Virus record (IMG/VR): IMGVR_UViG_3300050821_002957
Span: 310,001-374,000 of that record
Length of the DNA: 64,000 nt
Strand: one strand, 5' to 3'
Positions 52,208 to 60,916 of this stretch are shown piece by piece. Numbering within the stretch: position 1 is the stretch's first letter; each line of letters begins with the position of its first letter. The notes under the pieces were generated by a model. The model made no database searches and was not told the origin of the DNA. It worked only from the letters and a program-made list of their open reading frames with translations. The translations under genes were made by a program, and so were the position numbers.

Positions 52208-55102
52208 ATGAAAAACCCTATGAACAAGTATTATACGAACGTCTACAGGACTGGCAACCGACTTTTTGTCAGAGAAATTAGAGACGGAAAAAGACGCAAT
52301 TTTAAGACAGAATACAAACCTACTTTGTACGTCCCGACCAAGGGAAAAGCTGCTCTTCATTCACCAGACGGTACTCCTGTCGAACCTCTCAATCCAGGTA
52401 CGATGGGCGACTGTTACCAGTTCCTCCAGAAATATAAAGATGTAGGTAATTTCCAAATCTTCGGAAATACAGCCTACGAATACACCTTCATTAACGAAGA
52501 ATATCCCGGCCTACTCAATTACAAAATAAGTGAGATGGTCATATGCAACCTTGACATCGAAGTCGCAAAGACAGCCGATGGATACTCTGAAGCTCGGGAC
52601 GCCGCCAACGAAGTCACTGCCATCACCATGAAAAGTTCTGGCGACGGCATCTATCACGTCTTTGCCTGCCAACCTTTCGATGACAAGCAATACAATTTTG
52701 AACATCAGGATACCATCATCGCCTATCACCAGTGCGAAGACGAAATGGATCTGTTTTACAAATTCCTCGATCTGTGGGAAAGAATCGAACCGGACATTGT
52801 GACCGGCTGGAACATCAGGCTGTACGATATTCCTTATCTCGTCAATCGAATCTCCCGCATCATGTCAACCGATGACGCAAATCGTCTGTCTCCGTGGGGC
52901 ATGATCAAAGAAAACACAGTCAACATTTTTGGCAACCCCGAAGTGGTCTATGATGTCGCTGGTCTGAGCATCCTTGACTACTTGCTCATTTACCGAAAGA
53001 ATGTTCTGGAGCCTCGTGAATCTTACCGGCTCGATTACATCGCAGAAGTTGAACTTGGTGAACGTAAAGTAGACTACGGCGAGTACAACGATCTCCAAGA
53101 TTTGTACGAGCGAAACTTCAAGAAATTCATCGAATATAACATTCATGATGTCCGCTTGGTTGACCGGATCGAGATAAAACGTAAGTTGATAGAACTACAG
53201 GTCGTAGTGGCTTATCATGCCAAAATTAACTTCGTCGATGTCCTCTCCCAAGTCCGCATGTGGGACACCAATATTTGCAACCACCTTCTGAAGGAAAGAA
53301 TTGTCGTTCCGCAGAGGACAGACACCGCAAAAGACACTCAATTCGCAGGCGCATTTGTCATGCAGCCAATTCCTGGCATGTATCACTGGATCGCTTCGTT
53401 CGACGTTCAATCTCTGTATCCGATGATCATGCGTACCCTTAACATGGGTATGGAAACAAAGCTCTCGTACAAAGACCTGACGCCGATGATGAAACAGTAT
53501 CAAAAGTACATCGGCGAAAATTTGATGCAGACACTCACCGATGGAAGCCGGGTAGTAAATCCTGATGCAATCATCGACGGCATGACTGAAGAGTTGATGG
53601 AACACTTGCGGGAGCAGGATGTCTCGGTCGGCGCAAATGGTGTCTTCTATCGTCGTGATCCAAAGTCATTCTATTCGGTAATGATCGAAGAGTTGTTTGA
53701 CAACCGGCTGGAATATAAAAAGAAGTTGAAGGCTGCAAAACTTGAACTTTCAACTTGCACTGATTCCACCAGAAAAGCAGAGCTTGAAGACATCGCTTCC
53801 ATTTACGATCTCAAGCAGCACGCTACAAAGATCATGCTCAACAGTTTGTACGGCGCTATGGGCAACCAATACTTCCGCTTTTTCGACGTAGCCAATGCCG
53901 AAGCGGTAACGACGACAGGACAGTTCATCATTCAGTACATCGCTCGTGGTATCAACGCCTACCTGAACAAGATGATGAAGACTGAGAACAAACAATTCAT
54001 TGTCTATAGTGACACGGACTCCATCTATGTCACATTAGAAACCGTCGTCAACAAGCATCATCCTCATGGTACGACGATGGAAAAGGTTGGCTTCGTAGAT
54101 CGTATTTGTAAGGATGCAATCCAGCCGCAAATCAATCGTCTGTTCCGATATCTGACTGAACGATATTTGAACGGTGTCGGCGAATACTTGCTGATGAACC
54201 GTGAAGTCATCGGTGACAAAGGTATCTGGACGGCCAAGAAACGTTACCTTATCAATGTGCGGGACAAGGAAGGCATTCGTAAAGAAAAGGCCGAACTCAA
54301 GTACATGGGTGTAGAGATCGCCAAGTCATCGGTTCCTAAGTTCTGCCGGGATGCAATGAAAGAAGCTGTAACTATTGTGATGGAACAAGACCAGGAAACT
54401 CTGTTCAAGTTCGTTGCCGACACCGAAGCAAAATTCAAGGCACAGCCAATTGAAAATGTGAGCTTTCCCCGCAGCGTGAATGGCCTTGCTAAGTACGGTC
54501 ATCACGAGACGATCTATATCAAGGGTACGCCGTTCCATACCAAGGGTGCTCTGATGTACAATCACATGCTCGATCTCAAGGGAATGTCAAATAAGTATCC
54601 CAAGATCAAAGATGGCGAAAAGATGAAGTTCTTCTATCTGAAAGAACCCAATCCACTCGGTGTCAATGCAATGGCTTTCCTTACGAAATTTCCGGTAGAG
54701 TTTAACATGGCGGAATTTATTGATTGGGATACACAGTGGGAAAAAAGTTTCATCGAGCCTCTCAAATTGATTCTCAATGCAATCAAATGGGACACTCAAC
54801 GACGGGCCAATCTGGATGCTCTGTTTATTTGGGATGACGACGAAGAAGAGACCAACGACGAAAAAGCTGATCGGGCACAGTACGAAGAAACATGCCGTGA
54901 CGAATCTGACGAAGAAAGTGAGTCGGATTTTGACCAGAAAATTGAACTTGCCGAACTGGAACTCGCTTTGTACGATATGGAACGAGTTAAGTCAAAAGCT
55001 GGTGATATTGAAGATCCAAAATTCGATCAACAACTGGCCGATCTAAAGACCCAGGTGCAGATACTTAAGCACCGATTGACAGATTCCGGTTCCGTGGTGT
55101 AA
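52208..55102 (+). CDS. gp43: Family B DNA polymerase gp43 with acidic C-terminal extension
   Basis: LDIEV, GWNIRLYD, YNIHDV, SFDVQSLYP, KIMLNSLYG, YSDTDS, AKKRY. Confidence 0.97.
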   Translation: MKNPMNKYYTNVYRTGNRLFVREIRDGKRRNFKTEYKPTLYVPTKGKAALHSPDGTPVEPLNPGTMGDCYQFLQKYKDVGNFQIFGNTAYEYTFINEEYPGLLNYKISEMVICNLDIEVAKTADGYSEARDAANEVTAITMKSSGDGIYHVFACQPFDDKQYNFEHQDTIIAYHQCEDEMDLFYKFLDLWERIEPDIVTGWNIRLYDIPYLVNRISRIMSTDDANRLSPWGMIKENTVNIFGNPEVVYDVAGLSILDYLLIYRKNVLEPRESYRLDYIAEVELGERKVDYGEYNDLQDLYERNFKKFIEYNIHDVRLVDRIEIKRKLIELQVVVAYHAKINFVDVLSQVRMWDTNICNHLLKERIVVPQRTDTAKDTQFAGAFVMQPIPGMYHWIASFDVQSLYPMIMRTLNMGMETKLSYKDLTPMMKQYQKYIGENLMQTLTDGSRVVNPDAIIDGMTEELMEHLREQDVSVGANGVFYRRDPKSFYSVMIEELFDNRLEYKKKLKAAKLELSTCTDSTRKAELEDIASIYDLKQHATKIMLNSLYGAMGNQYFRFFDVANAEAVTTTGQFIIQYIARGINAYLNKMMKTENKQFIVYSDTDSIYVTLETVVNKHHPHGTTMEKVGFVDRICKDAIQPQINRLFRYLTERYLNGVGEYLLMNREVIGDKGIWTAKKRYLINVRDKEGIRKEKAELKYMGVEIAKSSVPKFCRDAMKEAVTIVMEQDQETLFKFVADTEAKFKAQPIENVSFPRSVNGLAKYGHHETIYIKGTPFHTKGALMYNHMLDLKGMSNKYPKIKDGEKMKFFYLKEPNPLGVNAMAFLTKFPVEFNMAEFIDWDTQWEKSFIEPLKLILNAIKWDTQRRANLDALFIWDDDEEETNDEKADRAQYEETCRDESDEESESDFDQKIELAELELALYDMERVKSKAGDIEDPKFDQQLADLKTQVQILKHRLTDSGSVV

Positions 55103-55103
55103 T
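55076..55103 (+). promoter_or_regulatory. 16-nt-spacer promoter for uvsX
   Basis: TTGACA-N16-TGTAAT; shares CCGTGGTGTAAT with the promoter at 16534. Confidence 0.7.
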
Positions 55104-55139
55104 GATTTACGACGCCCGTTTCAGGGCAGGAAATAACTA

Positions 55140-56417
55140 ATGGCAAAGAAAGATAAGAAAGGAGCAAAAAAATCAGAAGGTAGTTTTTTTGACGACTTAC
55201 TCAAGAAAGTAGGACTGGATATTCCGGTCGCTACAGAAGTCAATGACATTCACAAAACGACCTTTTTCAGCACTGGATCGTTGATGTTGAATGCACTGGT
55301 CTCAAGCTCGATGAATGGTGGTCTGGCAGGCAATAAGATCACCGCTCTGGCAGGCGAGGAAGCAACCGGAAAGACATTCATCGCCTTGCAGTGCATCAAA
55401 CACTTCTTGGACGAACAACCCACCGGCCACGTTTTCATTTTCGATTCAGAAGATGATCCGTCGAAGACTGAAGCTGTGATGAAAAAGCGTGGCATCGATA
55501 CAAGCCGTGTCCACGTAAAGTTCGTCAAGACTATTCAGGAATTCCGTCAACTGATGATCAACATCATTGATGGTTACCTGGAACAGCCGGTCGAAAAGCG
55601 CCAGCCGATGTTCATGGTGCTGGATTCGCTTGGAAACCTTTCGACCCTCAAGGAACTTCATGATACAGCGAAGGGTGCCTTGAACAAGAAGGGCGAAGAT
55701 GTCAGGGATATGACTCGTACATCTTTGATTCGTGGTTTGTTCCGTGTGTTGACGATCAAGTTGGGCGAGGCGAATGTTCCGTTGCTCATCACCAATCACA
55801 CCTATCAGACGATGAATCCGTATGGCGCTGCAACTACGATGAGTGGCGGCGGCGGTCTTCGGTACGCAGCTTCGACGATCATTTATTTGACCAAGAAGAA
55901 ATTGCGTGATGCAGACAAGGACGTGATTGGATCGATTCTGACGGCAACCCTCGACAAGAGCCGTTTCACTCCTCCAGGATTGAAAGCAGACCTACTCCTG
56001 ACGCACGCAGCCGGTCTAGACAAATATTGGGGCCTGTTTGAATTTGGCCTTGAGACCGGAATCCTCATTAAGGGAACAGGTGTCGCAGAGAAAAACGACA
56101 AGTCTGGCAAAAAGAATGGAATCAAGGCGAATAGCTACAAGTTCCCTGATGGTCAGATTGCCGACCGAAAGGAAATCGAAGCGAACCCATCCATGTACTT
56201 CGACACCGACATTAACTTTGCGGCGTTTGAAGAGCAGTGTGCCAAGACGTTCCAATTCGGTGAAGGTCAGGATCGTCCGATTAGTGATGAAGACGAGGCA
56301 GACGGTGAGATCGATATCGATGCAGCCGTCGCAGCAATGCAGGAAGCCTTTGAAGCAGTGGACGAAGCTGGCGATGCCGAAGTCGAAGAGCAGCCAAAAA
56401 AGAAAGGAAAGAAATAG
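55140..56417 (+). CDS. uvsX: RecA-like recombinase UvsX
   Basis: AGEEATGKT, FDSE, LDSLGNL, DMTR, TNHTY, MSGGGG. Confidence 0.95.
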   Translation: MAKKDKKGAKKSEGSFFDDLLKKVGLDIPVATEVNDIHKTTFFSTGSLMLNALVSSSMNGGLAGNKITALAGEEATGKTFIALQCIKHFLDEQPTGHVFIFDSEDDPSKTEAVMKKRGIDTSRVHVKFVKTIQEFRQLMINIIDGYLEQPVEKRQPMFMVLDSLGNLSTLKELHDTAKGALNKKGEDVRDMTRTSLIRGLFRVLTIKLGEANVPLLITNHTYQTMNPYGAATTMSGGGGLRYAASTIIYLTKKKLRDADKDVIGSILTATLDKSRFTPPGLKADLLLTHAAGLDKYWGLFEFGLETGILIKGTGVAEKNDKSGKKNGIKANSYKFPDGQIADRKEIEANPSMYFDTDINFAAFEEQCAKTFQFGEGQDRPISDEDEADGEIDIDAAVAAMQEAFEAVDEAGDAEVEEQPKKKGKK

Positions 56418-56465
56418 TTGATGTAAGTCGGGAGGTTCTTTTAGGAGCCTCCCTCAAGAGAAAGA

Positions 56466-57149
56466 ATGGAACAAGCAAAATTAACGAATGACCAGTCTAT
56501 TGAAATTGGACAGACCGATGAAGCACAGCAGATACGAACACTCAGAGCTAACGGTTTTGTGATTGAATCCGCAACCAAATCGGAAGATATAAACGAGAAG
56601 ATCGACTGTTTTTTGGTTTTGAAAAATGGCACACGAGAGGCCATTCAAATCAAGGGCAGAGATAGGAATCCAGACAAGGCAAACATTTATGTCGATCTCC
56701 TATCCGATGTCTACGAACCTTATTGTGGTTTGGGACATCCTGATACCAAAATAGGCCGTGATGAATTCAGTGCTTACAAATGGTACACCTGCCGCATCAA
56801 GGAAGAAATGGTCTTAGTAAGCGGCGCTGCTCACAAAGATATCATTAAAACTGTCTTGGCTGAATGGGAAGAATCAGAAAACCGTAAGCAGATTGACAGA
56901 CGATTGAGTGAATGGGTCACAACACTTCATCGAGTTGGAAACAAGGTTGATTGGGAACCAAATTTTGAATTGTTCAGAGAATTCCGGCAGTGGACTTTTG
57001 AAAGTGAGTCTTATCCGGGAGTGCAAATCAAATGTACCCAAGATAAGCGTCGAACCGGCTGGCAGAAAAACAGGCCGAAGTTATTAGTCTTCGTTCCAAT
57101 TTCTTCGTTCCAGCCAAAACATGTCAGAAGGTTCAAACTAAATGGATAG
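56466..57149 (+). CDS. Putative PD-(D/E)XK nuclease (possible free-standing endonuclease)
   Basis: EDINEKIDCF...IQIKGR; inserted between uvsX and gp41. Confidence 0.5.
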   Translation: MEQAKLTNDQSIEIGQTDEAQQIRTLRANGFVIESATKSEDINEKIDCFLVLKNGTREAIQIKGRDRNPDKANIYVDLLSDVYEPYCGLGHPDTKIGRDEFSAYKWYTCRIKEEMVLVSGAAHKDIIKTVLAEWEESENRKQIDRRLSEWVTTLHRVGNKVDWEPNFELFREFRQWTFESESYPGVQIKCTQDKRRTGWQKNRPKLLVFVPISSFQPKHVRRFKLNG

Positions 57150-58749
57150 AATCGAATCAGTCATCCTCCGCTCACTCATCTACGACGATTTGTATGTGCG
57201 CCGGGTACTTCCTTTCTTGGAAGACGAATATTTTCTCGACAAGACTGAACGACTTATTTTTTCCAAGCTCAAAAATTACATCGATACGTACAACGTTCCA
57301 CCGACTAAGGAATCGTTGATCATCGACCTGAACACATCCGGCGCTGAGACCGACACCATCGAAGAAGTTGATAGTTATCTCAGTATTCTTGATGCCGAAA
57401 AAGAAGAGAAGCCTCATGTAGACTGGTTGGTCGAGCGTACCGAATCCTGGTGCCAAGAAAAGGCCATTCACAATGCTGTTCTCGAAGTTATCAACATTCT
57501 AGATGGCAAGAACAAACACGTAGACAGAGGCATGATCCCGAAGTTACTCCAGGATGCTCTTGCCAAATCATTTGATCCTCATGTAGGCCATGATTGGTAC
57601 GAAGACGCTGGCGCTCGACATGACTTTTACAAGAAGGTCGATAGTCGCATACCATTCCATCTTGATTATTTCAACATGATCACTAAGAATGGAATTCCGA
57701 ATAAGACATTGAACATTTGTCTCGCCGGAACCAACGTCGGCAAGTCGCTGTTCATGTGCGATCTGTCGGCTAATTATTTGATGAAGGGCAAGAACGTCCT
57801 TTACATCACATTGGAAATGGCGGAAGAGCGTGTCGCAGAGCGTATCGATGCCAATTTACTGGACATTCCGGTCGATGAATTAAGTTTCATCAGCAAGGAA
57901 TCGTTTCATAAAAAGATCGAACGCATTAACAGTCAGACCAAAGGCCATCTGATCATCAAGGAATATCCGACAGCCCAGGCGCACGTAGGTCACTTCCGGC
58001 ATTTGTTGAATGAGCTTTGGCTGAAGAAGTCTTTCAAGCCAGATGCCATCATGATCGATTATCTGAACATCTGTGCATCAAGCAGAGTCAAGGCCAGCAG
58101 CGGCATGTACGAAATGGTCAAAGGGATCGCAGAAGAATTGCGTGGTCTCGCTGTCGAATTCAATGTCCCGATCTGGAGTGCAACACAGATGAACCGTGCT
58201 GGCTTCAACAATCAGGACCCAGACTTGACCAACACGTCTGAATCGTTTGGTCTCCCGGCAACGGCTGACTTCATGTTTGCTTTGGTTAACAGTGACGAAC
58301 TTAAGAACATGAATCAGTTGCTCGTGAAAATTTTGAAGAATCGTTACGGCGATGTCAACTTCAGAAACAAAGAAACCGGCAAGATTATGAATAAGTTTGT
58401 CGTCGGCGTAGACAAGAGCAAACAGAAACTCTATAATGTCAGCGATGCGGCGCAGGATTTATCTGATGACGATCCGACTGGTGGTGCTCCGAAACCGAAA
58501 ATGCCGCCGAGAAAAGAACTGGACATCGGTGTAGATGAAAGTGATGCTCCGTGGACGGTCGTAGATGAAGGTGTGACCGAACCGACGTTTGACATCGATC
58601 TACCAGCGAACGACAGAAAGTTCCGAGAGTCTGAAGAGGATGCAGAGCGTCGTAGAAACGCAACGATAGCTCCTGCTGCGCCGTACAGCCCAAAGACGGC
58701 CACTCCTAGTGCCTTCGCTGCCGGAAAGAAACATAACATCAAACTATGA
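57142..58749 (+). CDS. gp41: Replicative DNA helicase gp41
   Basis: LAGTNVGKS, TLEMAEE, IKEYPT, IDYLNIC, SATQ, SESFGLPATAD, KNRY. Confidence 0.96.
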   Translation: MDRIESVILRSLIYDDLYVRRVLPFLEDEYFLDKTERLIFSKLKNYIDTYNVPPTKESLIIDLNTSGAETDTIEEVDSYLSILDAEKEEKPHVDWLVERTESWCQEKAIHNAVLEVINILDGKNKHVDRGMIPKLLQDALAKSFDPHVGHDWYEDAGARHDFYKKVDSRIPFHLDYFNMITKNGIPNKTLNICLAGTNVGKSLFMCDLSANYLMKGKNVLYITLEMAEERVAERIDANLLDIPVDELSFISKESFHKKIERINSQTKGHLIIKEYPTAQAHVGHFRHLLNELWLKKSFKPDAIMIDYLNICASSRVKASSGMYEMVKGIAEELRGLAVEFNVPIWSATQMNRAGFNNQDPDLTNTSESFGLPATADFMFALVNSDELKNMNQLLVKILKNRYGDVNFRNKETGKIMNKFVVGVDKSKQKLYNVSDAAQDLSDDDPTGGAPKPKMPPRKELDIGVDESDAPWTVVDEGVTEPTFDIDLPANDRKFRESEEDAERRRNATIAPAAPYSPKTATPSAFAAGKKHNIKL

Positions 58750-59078
58750 AGTATCAATTTCAAGCACCATGTACGACTAAGTATCGTGATCCGAAGGGAA
58801 ACGAACATCCTCTTCGGTTTGGCATCGGGGACATCATTGATGTGGTTCCCCGATCCTCCGAAGATTTCAAGAATCATCCTATGACAGATGACTTGTCTTT
58901 TTATTTGGAAAGCAAAAGGGAAATTCCTTTGGTCGGTGGTGCAGTGATCATAGAATTTTGTGAGCCGTCATGTTTCAAGCATTTTCATGATTTGGAGACA
59001 CTGCGTGACGACCAAATTCTAATCGACGCTCAAAGACAAGAAATTTACGAAAAATACTACAGGAAATTGGGAAAATAA
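58746..59078 (+). CDS. Hypothetical protein
   Basis: Coupled ORF. Confidence 0.55.
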   Translation: MKYQFQAPCTTKYRDPKGNEHPLRFGIGDIIDVVPRSSEDFKNHPMTDDLSFYLESKREIPLVGGAVIIEFCEPSCFKHFHDLETLRDDQILIDAQRQEIYEKYYRKLGK

Positions 59079-59644
59079 TGTTCATCACCGACTACATCAA
59101 AATTTACGAGAGTGCAATTCCACCGGACATCGCTGATGAGCTTGTTCGTCGTTTTGAAGCGTCTCCAGACAAGAAGATTGAGTTAGACCAACAAGAAGGC
59201 AACGAGAAGCCGGTGCGTTCCTATTTGGAATTGTCAATTACCAAAGATCACAAGGACTTTCTGGACATTCAGGCTGTCTTGATGAAGCTGACCGAACTGG
59301 CGGCATTGAAGTATCAGTCTGAAATTCCGACTCGAACTTTTCCGAAAGAAATTGGTTGTGAGACATTTCGTGTCCAGAAGTTTCGTAATGAGACCGATGA
59401 TCGATTTCAATATCATGTCGATGTTTCTAACTACGCCAGCGCTCGACGATTCCTTGGTCTGTGCTGGTTCCTGAACGATGTCGAAAAGGGTGCCGAAGTT
59501 TATTTTCCTCATCCCAACATTAGAGTCCAACCAAAGAAGGGCAGACTGGTGGTCTATCCGGCAATGTGGATGTACCCTCATGCGGTCGAGCCTTGTCTGA
59601 CCGGCGATAGCTACGTCATCACGACCTTCTTACATTACATCTAG
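59078..59644 (+). CDS. 2OG-Fe(II) oxygenase superfamily protein
   Basis: YHVD, FLNDVEKG, PKKGRLVVYP..W.YPH. Confidence 0.85.
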   Translation: MFITDYIKIYESAIPPDIADELVRRFEASPDKKIELDQQEGNEKPVRSYLELSITKDHKDFLDIQAVLMKLTELAALKYQSEIPTRTFPKEIGCETFRVQKFRNETDDRFQYHVDVSNYASARRFLGLCWFLNDVEKGAEVYFPHPNIRVQPKKGRLVVYPAMWMYPHAVEPCLTGDSYVITTFLHYI

Positions 59645-59653
59645 TCCATTCCA

Positions 59654-59660
59654 CTAAATA
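59654..59660 (+). promoter_or_regulatory. Late promoter
   Basis: CTAAATA. Confidence 0.7.
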
Positions 59661-59675
59661 GAAACAGACTCGTAA

Positions 59676-60587
59676 ATGAAGACCTTTGCCCAATTCATGA
59701 CTGAAGATACGTCCAGCGGTTTCTACGCTTTTCGTAATCTTAACGCCCAAAGTGCAGAATTCCTCTATGGATGGATGCAGGAACATGGCATTCCTAATCC
59801 AATTCCAATGGATAAGCTGCATGTTACGGTAGTCTGTTCTGAAAACGATGTCCTGGGTTATACACCCGATCCGATGCCACTGCAAATTAGTCCAGCAACT
59901 TTTAAACTCGATATGATGAACGAAGCTCTGGTCATTAAATTCAAAAGTGATGCTCTGGAAGAGCAATGGCAACGAGCAATGAACATGGGTGCAAAGAGTC
60001 GATATCCAAAACTCACTCCCCACATCAGTCTTTCGTACAATGTTCCTCTCGATTACGACTATCATGATCTAAAGCCACCACCATCATTTTTGGTCTTTAA
60101 TGAAGAGCAGATGCGACCTTTAATCGATGGCTGGGCGGCGGCAAACAATCTTCGTGAATATACAGGTGACATTATTTCAGACAGGCCGGGGATCTACGTT
60201 CCACAAAACAATCTGAACATTCCCCGAGAAGAGATGCCACAAATCGCCGATCACCACAAAATGGGCTTCGTCGATTGGCTAGAAGAGCAAGGAATTACAG
60301 TACAATTTTTAGATATTCCTGTGGCACTTCTTCGGTCGGTCCAGAATACTATCGACATGAAAAAGGTTCAGCATCTTGCAGATAAGATGCCAGATGCCGC
60401 CATGCGAAAGGCGGTTATTGTCTCCAAAGATCTCTATATTTTAGATGGTCATCATCGTTGGCTTGCAATTTTGAATCGTGATCCTCATCAGACAATTGAA
60501 GCATATCGTGTAAATCTCCCAATCAAGGATCTACTCGCCATCGCTGGCAATTATCACCAAACCTCCTACAAACTCACAGCGGCTTAA
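59676..60587 (+). CDS. acb1: Acb1 (T4 gp57B-like 2H phosphodiesterase) fused to a ParB/Srx-like domain
   Basis: IPNPIPMDKLHVTV...GAKSRY...TPHISLSYN...PL..GW; C-terminal PREEMPQI...SKD.YILDGHHRW. Confidence 0.85.
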   Translation: MKTFAQFMTEDTSSGFYAFRNLNAQSAEFLYGWMQEHGIPNPIPMDKLHVTVVCSENDVLGYTPDPMPLQISPATFKLDMMNEALVIKFKSDALEEQWQRAMNMGAKSRYPKLTPHISLSYNVPLDYDYHDLKPPPSFLVFNEEQMRPLIDGWAAANNLREYTGDIISDRPGIYVPQNNLNIPREEMPQIADHHKMGFVDWLEEQGITVQFLDIPVALLRSVQNTIDMKKVQHLADKMPDAAMRKAVIVSKDLYILDGHHRWLAILNRDPHQTIEAYRVNLPIKDLLAIAGNYHQTSYKLTAA

Positions 60588-60612
60588 CAACATACGGTAT
60601 TTCTGGCGAAGT

Positions 60613-60619
60613 CTAAATA
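60613..60619 (+). promoter_or_regulatory. Late promoter
   Basis: CTAAATA. Confidence 0.7.
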
Positions 60620-60636
60620 CTTGCTCAGAGAACCAT

Positions 60637-60891
60637 ATGATCAATTCACTGCCGCTATCGCTGCTTCAAGCTGCTCAAACCCTCGTCGAAACACAAGATG
60701 TTCTTGAGTCTTGCAAAGACTGCGGAGCGGTTTTAGGATCTTGCATTCATACCGATAACTTGAAAGAGGATAACCTTACAGCACTGGACGTGCCGGATGA
60801 GGACGCACCGACTGATCAATTGTCAGGTGAGAAGGAAGAAATCGTCATCAACCCCGAGTACAAAACCTTCACGCCACGGCGTCCTTACTAA
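60637..60891 (+). CDS. Hypothetical late (probable head-associated) protein
   Basis: Late promoter; several L-x-E prohead-protease-like sites. Confidence 0.55.
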   Translation: MINSLPLSLLQAAQTLVETQDVLESCKDCGAVLGSCIHTDNLKEDNLTALDVPDEDAPTDQLSGEKEEIVINPEYKTFTPRRPY

Positions 60892-60916
60892 TTTGAAATA
60901 GGGAGAACACAAAAAC

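Noticed and set aside
56430-56453. Strong hairpin after uvsX as SD-sequestering control of the next gene
   Set aside because: AGGAG is 18 nt from the ATG and there is no U-tract; function cannot be assigned
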